DNA of 30,241 nt from Macrostomum lignano (GCA_002269645.1 NIVC01004954.1:1-30241), one strand, 5' to 3'. Positions 10,867-19,603 are shown, counted from the stretch's first letter. Notes: generated from the letters alone by a model not told the origin. Numbers and translations: made by a program.

Positions 10867-13640
10867 GGCATCGCTCTCTAACAGTATCTGTCTCCCAGAA
10901 GCGCCCCGGCCCCCTGGCCTGGTCTCTAAGTTTGGGCGCCATCGTCTCCCTCTCTCAGTAGGTATTTCCACGCGATGCCTTGTAGTTGGCTGAAACTGCA
11001 TACAAGGAAGGTACAGTACGTGGGATACATGGCCATTTTACTGTTATTCATATCGAGCTTTCGTGGTGAATTTTTCCCTTTCGTTTGGGCGGGCGCAATT
11101 TACGGAAAATTGCATGGTATTGTACATCGGGGCTTGCAGGAAACTATATTAGGCAATAATGGGGCGCAATTTATGGGATGCATTGTTTTGACGGATGAGG
11201 GTTATCCTGCTTGAAAAAGGTAAAAGAAATATTGTACGTCGGCTCCAATGTAGCCATTGTGAGAGCTTCTCACGGGCCGGGCCGTATAAATTAGTTATGT
11301 AAATTCAAAATAAATAATGGCAAAAAATTAGTTATACAAGACTATCAAAAATATCATGCTACATATAATTTTACCCTATTAATTTTGTACCGCATGGCTT
11401 TCCTAGTCTTCTTGGCAAAATTGCTTGTAACATTTGTTCAAATTCGTAAAGTTAAATTGCATTGACAAAAAATTTACGCATTTTTAAAAGATGTTCTCCC
11501 TCAAGCCCGCTCCATAAACTGGCACTGAGAGGCAGGAGAGCGTGATCACTAGGCCTAACCTTAGTACAGCCTACTTCGTCTACTTAAACAACTGTGTATC
11601 TGTGGAAAAAAGTTTTTCTGCCTTGTTTGGCTTCGCTTCCCTTTTAATTGTAACTCCCCACCACCTAGCCCTATGATCTATGTCTAAATCTGTTTTTTTT
11701 ATTTTAGTCTAGCCTAGCCTAGCTTGCCTTAGGCCTACTTTGTCTATGCTCGGCCTGCCCATAGCTAATTTCCTAGACCTGCCTGGCCCTTAGCAAAGAA
11801 GAGCAATGCTTTGTCTTTAGTATAGGGCCTACTTCTAACAGAGGCATGGAGTTCCCATGGACACTGCTAGGGCTAGTATACCGCAAGCCGGCACTAGCCC
11901 TAATCTATATCAGATCAGATTGAAATGTTAAATGTAAGTATCCTAGGCTAGGCAGCCTAGCAAACATCCTTTGACTACGGGCCTATGACTACATGTCTTA
12001 AGAGTTATAGGGCAAATGGTTTAAGCTGCAGTAAAGTTAAAGTAGGCCTAAGTGAGCTGGCTAGGCCTAGTTCTTGTTGTAGTATTAGGTGAGGCCTAAC
12101 TCTAAACTAGGGCTAGGCCTAGTTTCAATTTTAAATGTACTAGGGGCCTACTAGGGTTAGGGTACATGACTAAGACTGCCACAGCTATTACTGGCTACTG
12201 GTATTGAGAAGAGCTACCAATCTTCTAGGCGCTAGCATTGCTATTCCTCTCCTAGACCTAGGTTCCTCTTTTGCAGCCTTGTCTTACTGGCTCTCCTACC
12301 TACTCATTAACTCATCTCTTTAGCACTATCCAATAATATATTGTGCCAAATTCCTCCCTTAGCTCCTCAAGTGTGGCCATCTTGGTATGTGGTAGTCTTG
12401 GTCTTATAAGTTATACCATGTTATAAGGGCCTATCTTAGTACTAGAAATAGCCTAGTAACCTACCTAGGCAAACTGGACTTAGTATTTAGGCCTAATATA
12501 TAATCTTGTGATTTTTTACTACTTTAGCCTAACTTTCAATTATATGTAGCTTTTTAAAATTATATTTATCCCTATTGGAATAGAATTAGCAAAGCCTGTA
12601 AACGCTGCATTGAGCATTACGAAAGATAGGCTCTACTTCAAGTTCAAAGGGTGAAAGTAGTTGTTATTTGTCTAGTGACTAGACAAATAACCTTTTGCTA
12701 TTTCGGTTTTTTGTTAAAGACAAGATGCAAAATCGCACCTTAGGCTTTACTCATTTTCAATATGCAATTTTAGGGCTCAAAGTGCAATTTCTCTTTTTCT
12801 TATTTTAAAGCAGTGCAAATAAGGTTTTAATAGAAAAATAATAGGTTGAGACCACAGTTACGTTTCAATTTCAGGGTGCAATTTTTTGATTTAAGGTGCA
12901 TACATTCTATGCACAAAAATAAACCTAGTTGCTATTTGTCTAGTTAAATTGCTAACATGAATATCTATTTGTTTAGTGATAAATATTCTAGATTTTTAAG
13001 ACCTTTTCTAGTATCCTGATTAATATTTTGTTATACTAGTGCAAGCAAAGCAGATATATGTAATGCATATATGCAATTTGGCATAATTTGGTATACAAGT
13101 AAAAGTCTTTAAAATCTTGGAATATTCACCCTTGGAGTTTCTATAAAATAGAATATCAATTTAACTAGACAAATAACAAAATGCCTATTTGTCCAGTATT
13201 AACTAGATGAATAAAGAAAGATGGCTATTATCCAGTAACCAGACAAATAGGCCCTAACCACATTGCTATTTGTCTGGTCACCAAACAAATAACAATTGCC
13301 AAGGGTGAAAACCTACAGATGTGTGCTTGAAAATAGTGTCAATTTATTATATAATATATTGCACTGTACACCTTTAGCATTATTAAATGATGTTCCAAAA
13401 GAGCATTTTTTGTCATAAATCAAAATTTGCTAATTTTTAAAAGCTCAAATTTTTGACTTTTTATTGTATATAATTAAAAAATCTCATTCCTATCTTATTA
13501 CTTGTATTAGTCTCTATTGCAAACCAAAATTAACTAAATTTTGAATAAAAAGCTTAAGGAAACTCATTTTAGGCAAATTTGTAGCTACTTAAAGTACCAA
13601 TGTAAGATAAGATGCAACAGTCATGATTGCAAAATAAAAA

Positions 13641-13958
13641 TATCAGAGTATTATGATGATAGTATTAATCCATTCTCTGACCAAGTTTATGTGTAAAGAC
13701 TGGCTTATCATCTATTATATAAGTCTTGTCTTTTGCACTAAGTTGGTGTGCGCGCCACCTTGGAAGGCTTCTCTATTTGTGCTGCTAATTTATTGTCACT
13801 TGGATATCTGGCAACCTATTCTAGCATTACAGGTTGTTAGTTTTCTGTCCTTTTTAAACAGAAACACCTGTTTTGTATGCCTGATAATCCAATATGACTG
13901 CATGCATACTTGGAGATTGCTGTCAAGATGTTAAATTTGGATCTGAATGACTCTGATA
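13641..13958 (+). ncRNA. SNORD17: Long box C/D snoRNA, SNORD17-like, copy a (28S Um at human U3818/3797, yeast 2314 equivalent)
   Basis: Box C ATGATGA 13653-13659; guide TTAATCCATTC + D' CTGA 13677-13680 complementary to 28S GAAUGGAUUAA; box D CTGA 13943-13946; 9-bp terminal stem TATCAGAGT/ACTCTGATA (coordinates include stem); ~250-nt structured insert between D' and C'. Confidence 0.8.
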
Positions 13959-14073
13959 AACTTGATAGTATCTGTAAATTTTCATATTGCAGTTGTATTA
14001 AACAATATTATCAAACTAATTATCAAAAATGCTTGTTTAATTATCAAAAAACCCAGCCTATTTGAATGTATAA

Positions 14074-14138
14074 ATGATGCTACCCAACGTGTTTTGAGTC
14101 ACAATGACTATGAATTAATAAAAAGAAACGATAACTGA
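14074..14138 (+). ncRNA. Candidate box C/D snoRNA with variant box C, 18S 5'-domain-complementary D guide
   Basis: ATGATGC 14074-14080, D' TTGA 14094-14097, C'-like ATGACTA, box D CTGA 14135-14138; AAAGAAACGATAA resembles the antisense of 18S UUAUCGUUUAUUU (yeast form, 1 mismatch). No clear terminal stem. Confidence 0.5.
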
Positions 14139-14338
14139 TCAATTACTTTTGTGTGCTTATTTACAACTTACTTAATCAATATTTGCACTATGTCCCTCTA
14201 AATATCGTTCTTTGTTTACACACATTTGCAGACTTGCTGTTTTTCCCCTTGTCACGAGCAATTAACAAAAGCAAATCTGCTTCTGAAAATGTAAGTTCTG
14301 AAACATCTGGTACTTTAACAATTTGCTTTTTTAATTTA

Positions 14339-14409
14339 ATGATGAATACTTGACAAGCATATGTCGGAATGCACTCTTGTGCTTTCTGTAGATACTATTT
14401 TCATTCTGA
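14339..14409 (+). ncRNA. SNORD27: Box C/D snoRNA, SNORD27/snR74 equivalent (18S Am27/28)
   Basis: Box C 14339-14345; guide GACAAGCATATG + D' CGGA complementary to 18S CAUAUGCUUGUC, D+5 = A of CAUAmUGC; box D 14406-14409. Confidence 0.9.
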
Positions 14410-14579
14410 ATTTTAAATTTATTCAATCAACTTTTAGGCATTGGCGCTGTCTCATGTATGGCATTGGCGAATTTTATTTCAATCAACTTTTGCAAATTTC
14501 AGGAGCTGGCATACAAAAATCGCCTACAAAGTCTTACAACATTTATTCGGTGAGTTTTTCTTCGAAGCTGTGAAACAGT

Positions 14580-14968
14580 TGTCAGAGAAACGATGATGAA
14601 TGCTTTAATCCATTCTCTGACTGAGCTTTTCAAATGTGCTTGAATAGTTATAAAAGGTCTTCCAAATTGGGGTTTTTTTGCCTCTATTTGTTAACCTTTT
14701 CTTTCAGGCACAAATTTGATTTGCTGGTGTGCGCGCCAGCTGGCTTGAACAGGCTCTCTTAGTGAAGTGCTGACTATTATTGTCACTTTAGGGTTTGCTT
14801 CAAGGGTGCTCGCTAAATACCTTTTTATAGTCGAAGACTGATTATTTATTATACCGCCTTTGACTTGTTAGTGAGCACTATAGAAGCGTGACCCGAAAAG
14901 CGAGTGCTTGCACTTCTTTTTTGCAGAGCCGTTTGGATGTAAATTATGGTTCTGAGCGTTCTCTGACA
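14580..14968 (+). ncRNA. SNORD17: Long box C/D snoRNA, SNORD17-like, copy b
   Basis: Box C 14593-14599; same guide TTAATCCATTC + D' CTGA 14617-14620; box D 14952-14955; 10-bp stem TGTCAGAGAA/TTCTCTGACA (included); ~310-nt insert sharing motifs with copy a. Confidence 0.8.
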
Positions 14969-15021
14969 GCGATTATTAGTATATGGTTAGTTTTTATAGC
15001 TTAATTAACGCACCAGTTTGT

Positions 15022-15102
15022 CATCCACAAATGATGATCAATTTTACACCGTCATGCTGTTTGATTCGCCTGATAATAAAACTATAGCAGCTGATGTGGA
15101 TG
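15022..15102 (+). ncRNA. Box C/D snoRNA, four-copy family with guide TACACCGTCATGCTGT, copy 1
   Basis: Box C 15031-15037, D' TTGA, box D 15091-15094, 8-bp stem CATCCACA/TGTGGATG (included). Confidence 0.85.
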
Positions 15103-15224
15103 CTATCAATGTCCTTATGACACTATTTAAAATCTAGAATATCGATTTTAAGTTTTATATCAGATTCAGAATCCTTAGAGATAAGGTTAGGTTGTGGCTT
15201 GGTTTAAAAAACTGGCTGTCAAAA

Positions 15225-15292
15225 ATGATGATAATTATTCACAACTGTTTGTTTTGAGTTAACATGACAATTTCACATGCATCACCATCTGA
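15225..15292 (+). ncRNA. SNORD33: Box C/D snoRNA, SNORD33/snR55 equivalent (18S Um1326), copy 1
   Basis: Box C 15225-15231; D guide CATGCATCACCA pairs 18S UGGUGGUGCAUG (one G-U); box D 15289-15292; D+5 = UGGUmGG. Confidence 0.88.
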
Positions 15293-15538
15293 TGTAGTTT
15301 ATTGAGTACATTTTAATGAACATGTAAGCTATGCTTGCCATTTTATAAAAAGTACAACCTGTCGCCCAAAAACTCTACTTTCATAGGTACTGGTAGTAGA
15401 TTATTAACAAGTTCTCAAGTCTGCCGGTCCAGTGTTTCATTTTCTAAATTTAAGGTAATTATTGGTTTTGACTATATTTTGCTTTTTGTGATCATACATA
15501 AACATAGCCTGAAATTTTCATTTAAGCATGTACGTCGC

Positions 15539-15635
15539 TTGTATTCACCAAAAATGATGACCAATTTTTATACACCGTCATGCTGTTTGACACACTTTTG
15601 ATAATTAAAAACAATGGCAGCTGAGGTGAATACAA
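15539..15635 (+). ncRNA. Box C/D snoRNA, four-copy family, copy 2
   Basis: Box C 15554-15560, guide TACACCGTCATGCTGT + TTGA, box D 15621-15624, 11-bp stem TTGTATTCACC/GGTGAATACAA (included). Confidence 0.85.
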
Positions 15636-15823
15636 TAGGCATTTCCCTTAACACCTTTGCTGCTCATCATCATTCAGAATCATCGTTTATCTTCATTTTG
15701 CTAACGAAAGTCTTTGTTCTTAAATCGATCTTCTAATTAAAAGCAGTCTGAAAAATCCGAAGCAAATAGTTCTCTTTAGTACGAGTAGAAGTCAGTAGCA
15801 AGCAAGCAACGTGTCCTCAGAAA

Positions 15824-15911
15824 TGTAATATGATGTTTGTTATCCCTGGCTTAGTTCAATAAGCTCTATGTAGTAAATACTTTATGCCAACTTCAATGGC
15901 TGCTGATTACA
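15824..15911 (+). ncRNA. SNORD1: Box C/D snoRNA, SNORD1/snR38 equivalent (28S Gm4392, yeast Gm2815)
   Basis: Variant box C ATGATGT 15830-15836; guide GTTATCCCTG + D' CTTA complementary to 28S CAGGGAUAAC, D+5 = CAGGmG; box D 15903-15906; stem TGTAAT/ATTACA. Confidence 0.82.
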
Positions 15912-16038
15912 GTTCTGTATACATACGATGATACGACACTTGCTGCTTTTTTGGTATTCAATTTTTAATTAGGACAATATATACTTTTTTTACTAATACT
16001 TAGGACTAGGTCTATTAACTGCAACTTGGGCGTTTTCA

Positions 16039-16119
16039 ATGATGATTGGAATTACCGTCGGAAGTTGGTGTACCAATTTGTGTACGCTGGCGATTCTTTG
16101 AAGAAAATTTGCTGTCTGA
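16039..16119 (+). ncRNA. SNORD65: Box C/D snoRNA, SNORD65/snR77 equivalent (18S Um627/578), with a U24-like D element
   Basis: Box C 16039-16045; guide TGGAATTACCG + D' CGGA complementary to 18S CGGUAAUUCCA; box D 16116-16119 preceded by GAAAATTTGCTG; stem GGGC/GCCC. Confidence 0.88.
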
Positions 16120-16188
16120 GCCCTTGATTTGCCATTTTTATGCCTATATACTACAGTGTAGATAGTCTTGCGTATAAGCCTACTTTTT

Positions 16189-16262
16189 ATGATGATAAAT
16201 ACGTTTGCTTACCTTATCTGTGATCTCTTAAAGGGACGTGATAAGACACTACAGCGCTCTGA
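16189..16262 (+). ncRNA. SNORD48: Box C/D snoRNA, SNORD48 equivalent (28S Cm1881/1868), copy 1
   Basis: Box C 16189-16195; D guide CTACAGCGCT pairs 28S GGCGCUGUGG-type sequence (after GAACU) with G-U pairs, D+5 = GGCGCm; box D 16259-16262. Confidence 0.78.
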
Positions 16263-16455
16263 TGTATATATATTGATCAGAAGTGTTTTTATATTGTAGA
16301 ATATTTTATAAATTTCTCTAACAATGCCACTTTCTCTTAATTACTACAGGTCTAAGCTGTCCTGGGGCCTTTTAAAATCAATATAAAAGTAAGTGAATTC
16401 AAAACCAATAACCAACTCAATTTTTGTAGTAATAAGCTCTACTATTATGTTTTTA

Positions 16456-16521
16456 ATGATGACTATTTCCTTACCTACTATGATTTATTACTAATGTGAA
16501 TGCAATATTTCCCGAATCTGA
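16456..16521 (+). ncRNA. Box C/D snoRNA predicted to guide 28S GUAGmGUAAGGG, copy 1
   Basis: Box C 16456-16462; guide TTCCTTACCTAC + D' ATGA complementary to 28S GUAGGUAAGGGA; box D 16518-16521 preceded by TTTCCCGAA. Confidence 0.85.
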
Positions 16522-16710
16522 AATGCTAGTCTAAATTACATATATGTAAGCTTAAATTTTTAGAAGTAAATCAAAAAATAAATTTTGTCACTAATTATTT
16601 TCAGATTTAGCGATCCAGTGTGACTCTGATCTAAATTTAAGGTAAGCTTCAATTCACTTTTTTTCATATTACTTGGGTTTATGTATAATCTTTGTTACAA
16701 GCAATAGATT

Positions 16711-16799
16711 GGCTTCATTCATGATGACTCAGATTTTACACCGTCATGTTGTATGATCTCGCATGAGTTTAGTTCTATTTGTCTCTGAGTTTTAAAGCC
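16711..16799 (+). ncRNA. Box C/D snoRNA, four-copy family, copy 3 (divergent 3' half)
   Basis: Box C 16721-16727, guide TACACCGTCATGTTGT + ATGA, box D 16785-16788, stem GGCTT/AAGCC (included). Confidence 0.8.
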
Positions 16800-17775
16800 T
16801 TTATTAATACCTTACAAACTCTTTAAAACCCCCGGATTTTAAACCCACCGTATTCCCATCCCCGGAACTCTTTATTGCATACATCCTTAAATTTAAAGTC
16901 ATACTGAAACAAAAACTTTAAAGTTAGAATAGAGGTTTGATGAATGTAGTAAATTCGTGTTAAATAAAGATTTAAGACAAGCATTGATTGATCTGACTAA
17001 GCGATGAGATGAGAGATTAATGAGCGGCACAAACACCAGAAAAAGCAGACAAACTTCACATGCTTACAGTTATTGTCCTGATTGAGTTACAGAGTTGAGA
17101 CTTGATATCGAGACAGAAAATAAGTCTAAAGAATGGTAGGGTGGCAAGTCAATAGAATTTCAGGTAGGGTGGCAGGTCAATAGAATTTCAGGTAGGTTAG
17201 CAGGTCAATAGAAAAAAGACATTAATCAAATTCTAATACTAATCAAACCCGAGCAGCACGAGGCAAGACATTATCGTGATGGTGAACCTGACTTCTCTAA
17301 GCCACCCGCCATCCGGACGCCAACCCAACCAGTTTGAGACCGCCAGATGTTGGAGGAGGGAATGAGCGACTGATCGTTCGGCAACAAATTTCATGCTAGC
17401 GTTAAGCAAAGTTACGGCAGCCAAACGATTGGGGTGGTTGCTACGCTGACAAAAAGCAGACTAACTTTAAAAGTGCACAGCTCCGTACAGGATTGACTTT
17501 ATGACTCGAAATTTTTACACGCTTGTGTCGAAATAGTTAGAGATTGTTTGTGTCAAATTTGAGTAGGTTTGATAAAGGTGGAGCGCCGCTATAGAGGATT
17601 AAGTAAAAAAATCCCGCTTTCTTAGCAGCAACTTTTTGCACTTTGAGGTGGGAATACTGGGAAGACGCTCTCCGTAGTGAGGTTAGGGTGGGTGCAAAAC
17701 GGTGTCATTTGGTTGAGCGGTTTGAGAGTCCATAGCGAACAAAATTGGCCACAGACACACAGTTTACAGATTTTA
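16800..17775. mobile_element. Probable interspersed-repeat insertion in a host-gene intron
   Basis: ~1 kb of higher-GC, snoRNA-free sequence in an otherwise compact region, with an internal 28-bp triplication (17135-17213). No TIR or TSD found; ends approximate. Confidence 0.35.
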
Positions 17776-17782
17776 GGTATAA

Positions 17783-17854
17783 ATGATGATAGAATATTGA
17801 CACCTCTTGTCTGATATTTACTAAGTAAATGCGGAGTTTATTAGCTCTATCTGA
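17783..17854 (+). ncRNA. SNORD44: Dual-guide box C/D snoRNA: D = SNORD44 equivalent (18S Am166), D' = 28S G equivalent to yeast Gm2791; copy 1
   Basis: Box C 17783-17789; TGACACCTCTTG + D' CTGA pairs 28S CA(A/G)GAGGUGUCA; TATTAGCTCTA + box D 17851-17854 pairs 18S UAGAGCUAAUA. Confidence 0.88.
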
Positions 17855-18037
17855 TCAAGTATCAAGCTCTTTTGTCCTAATAGAAATCGTTAAGAATCGA
17901 TGCAAGTTTTCATATTCACTTATTTCATTTTAGAGGACGCTAAAATCCAGCTGGAAAATTGTAAGCCTTCTTAACAGTGCTTCAGGTCAGTTAGCAATGC
18001 TTAAGTATTTTTCCCCACCCTTATTTTACTTTTTACA

Positions 18038-18111
18038 ATGATGAATTAATTATAGCATAGTTCATATGAACTGTACCCAGTGTACGGCATGTACAGAATT
18101 TTCAAGCCTGA
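18038..18111 (+). ncRNA. SNORD77: Box C/D snoRNA, SNORD77/80-D' (snR60) equivalent (28S Am1534, yeast Am817)
   Basis: Box C 18038-18044; guide GCATAGTTCA + D' ATGA complementary to 28S UGAACUAUGC, D+5 = GUGAAmC; box D 18108-18111. Confidence 0.85.
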
Positions 18112-18291
18112 TATTTTATCTACCTATTAGCTACCTATTAGTTGTACCTATTTGATAAAACGACATCTTTTTTACAAGTCAGATATTTTTTTAATTTCTT
18201 TCCAGTTTGCCGCGTCAATGAAGTTTCACTGCTACATCCATCCAAGGTAATTTTTATTGCTCAGCTCTATTATATAACATATCTATAAATG

Positions 18292-18367
18292 CAGTGGCGG
18301 ATCCAGGATTTTTTCCGTGAGGTCGGCCGACCCGATCCCCTTGACCCCCCTTCTGGATCCGACAGTG
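18292..18367. mobile_element. 76-bp mini-MITE with 15-bp TIRs and 8-bp TSD (hAT-like)
   Basis: CAGTGGCGGATCCAG ... CTGGATCCGACAGTG (13/15 inverted match); flanks TATAAATG / TATAAATA. Confidence 0.7.
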
Positions 18368-18376
18368 TATAAATAC

Positions 18377-18443
18377 GTGATGAAAATAACACATCTGTGT
18401 TTGATTTGGTCATGATATATAATTTCCATGCATCACCATCTGA
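18377..18443 (+). ncRNA. SNORD33: Box C/D snoRNA, SNORD33 equivalent, copy 2
   Basis: Box C GTGATGA 18377-18383; guide CCATGCATCACCA; box D 18440-18443. Confidence 0.87.
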
Positions 18444-18619
18444 TTTGCTTTTTTATTGGTATTAATAAAAAAAATATGTGCTTTTAATAAACTCGTCTCT
18501 ACTGTAGCCATATTTTCACTTGCCCATTTTAGTGCATTTTTCCTGGTTGGATATCAAGTCAAGTGTTAACTTGCAAAGTCAGGTAGGCTTACATTGTTGA
18601 ACTTGTGTTTTTGTTAATT

Positions 18620-18783
18620 GCGACTTTCTCGTTTCAATCACCGACACGCAAAAAATATCTTATTGGTGACTGATTCATTTAGTCGCTAGATTACACTGAC
18701 AGCCGCATAAAATCCAGAAGCAGAGTAGAGATCTTTTGTTTATCTCCCAAAGTGTCTGCTTTTGATGAGCGCGGATTACATTA
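18620..18783 (+). ncRNA. Candidate box H/ACA snoRNA
   Basis: Hairpin 1: GCGACT/AGTCGC lower stem, TCAATCACCGA/TTGGTGACTGA upper stem; H box AGATTA 18688-18693 (14 nt from the upper stem); hairpin 2: CCGC/GCGG and AGAAGCAGA/TCTGCTTTT; ACA at 18778-18780 (14 nt from the upper stem). Confidence 0.7.
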
Positions 18784-18853
18784 CTATTAATAGTAGTATT
18801 TAACAAAACCGACCTCTTTATAATGGCAGAAATGGCACGCAATGTTATAAATA

Positions 18854-18924
18854 ATGATGATAACCCATAATTCTTCACTTTGAACTGAACAAATATCAAC
18901 TGTGATGTTAGCACTGGGTTCTGA
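18854..18924 (+). ncRNA. SNORD37: Dual-guide box C/D snoRNA: D' = SNORD37 equivalent (28S Am3718), D = SNORD88/snR76 equivalent (28S Cm3701); copy 1
   Basis: Box C 18854-18860; TTCTTCACTTTGA + D' CTGA pairs UCAAAGUGAAGAA; C' GTGATGT; AGCACTGGG + box D 18921-18924 pairs CCCAGUGCU. Confidence 0.9.
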
Positions 18925-18968
18925 ACTATTATAATCATGGCTGCCACCTATATTTGTTTAGATTCTTG

Positions 18969-19059
18969 TTAATTATGATGAAATTTTAATTTCCACAGTT
19001 CAATCGTCCGATAATGCTTGATTAGATGCGGACTATTATTAGCTCTACCTGATAATTAA
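18969..19059 (+). ncRNA. SNORD44: Box C/D snoRNA, SNORD44 equivalent, copy 2 (different D' guide)
   Basis: Box C 18975-18981; CAGTTCAATCGT + D' CCGA; TATTAGCTCTA + box D 19049-19052; stem TTAATTA/TAATTAA (included). Confidence 0.87.
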
Positions 19060-19225
19060 ACAGTTGTTTTGTTATTAAAGTGAGTTTTTTGCATTTTTAA
19101 TTGCAATTTTCATGTTATTTTTTTATTTCAGATGTCTTCTACCGACCAATGTCATCTCGGGGCTTTGAGGGGTAAGGCGTCTTTTTTATCTACTATTAGT
19201 AGCATAATTTTCACTTTCTATTTAC

Positions 19226-19320
19226 ATGATGATCTCTATTGATTAGTCTTTCTGAGCTTTGTAATTAGTTAATAAACATTTTAACCAATTACAAAACTGC
19301 TGACTAACGCCCCTATCTGA
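19226..19320 (+). ncRNA. SNORD80: Box C/D snoRNA, D guide = SNORD80-D/snR60 equivalent (28S Gm1625, yeast Gm908); copy 1
   Basis: Box C 19226-19232; GATTAGTCTTT + D' CTGA 19252-19255 pairs 28S AAAGACUAAUC; CGCCCCTAT + box D 19317-19320 pairs AUAGGGGCG. Confidence 0.87.
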
Positions 19321-19528
19321 TAATTAGTGTGTTAGTTGAAACTTTCATATGGTATTGAAGTATTTCATAAGACACCCGTCTAAGAAATTCATCCATTGTT
19401 TGTTTTAACACCGTTTTAGAATCCGATTCGTTTTTATGGCAAAATGGCACTGGTTCAACAAGTCTACAGAGCCAACAGGTGAGTTAATAGCCAGAATTAT
19501 TTTAATATTTTTGCCTATGCTGACTGTT

Positions 19529-19603
19529 ATGATGATATGAATCACCTTTGGCTTTTGATAGGTTTCTTTAAATGAAAATTATCTACCATGCATCACCATC
19601 TGA
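19529..19603 (+). ncRNA. SNORD33: Box C/D snoRNA, SNORD33 equivalent, copy 3
   Basis: Box C 19529-19535; guide CCATGCATCACCA; box D 19600-19603. Confidence 0.87.

Noticed and set aside
14690-14707. Strong-looking acceptor TTAACCTTTTCTTTCAG inside the second long snoRNA
   Set aside because: It falls within a predicted hairpin (GTGCTTGAA/TTCAGGCAC and AAAAGGT/ACCTTTT) with a structural counterpart in copy a; use as an alternative acceptor cannot be excluded without RNA-seq.
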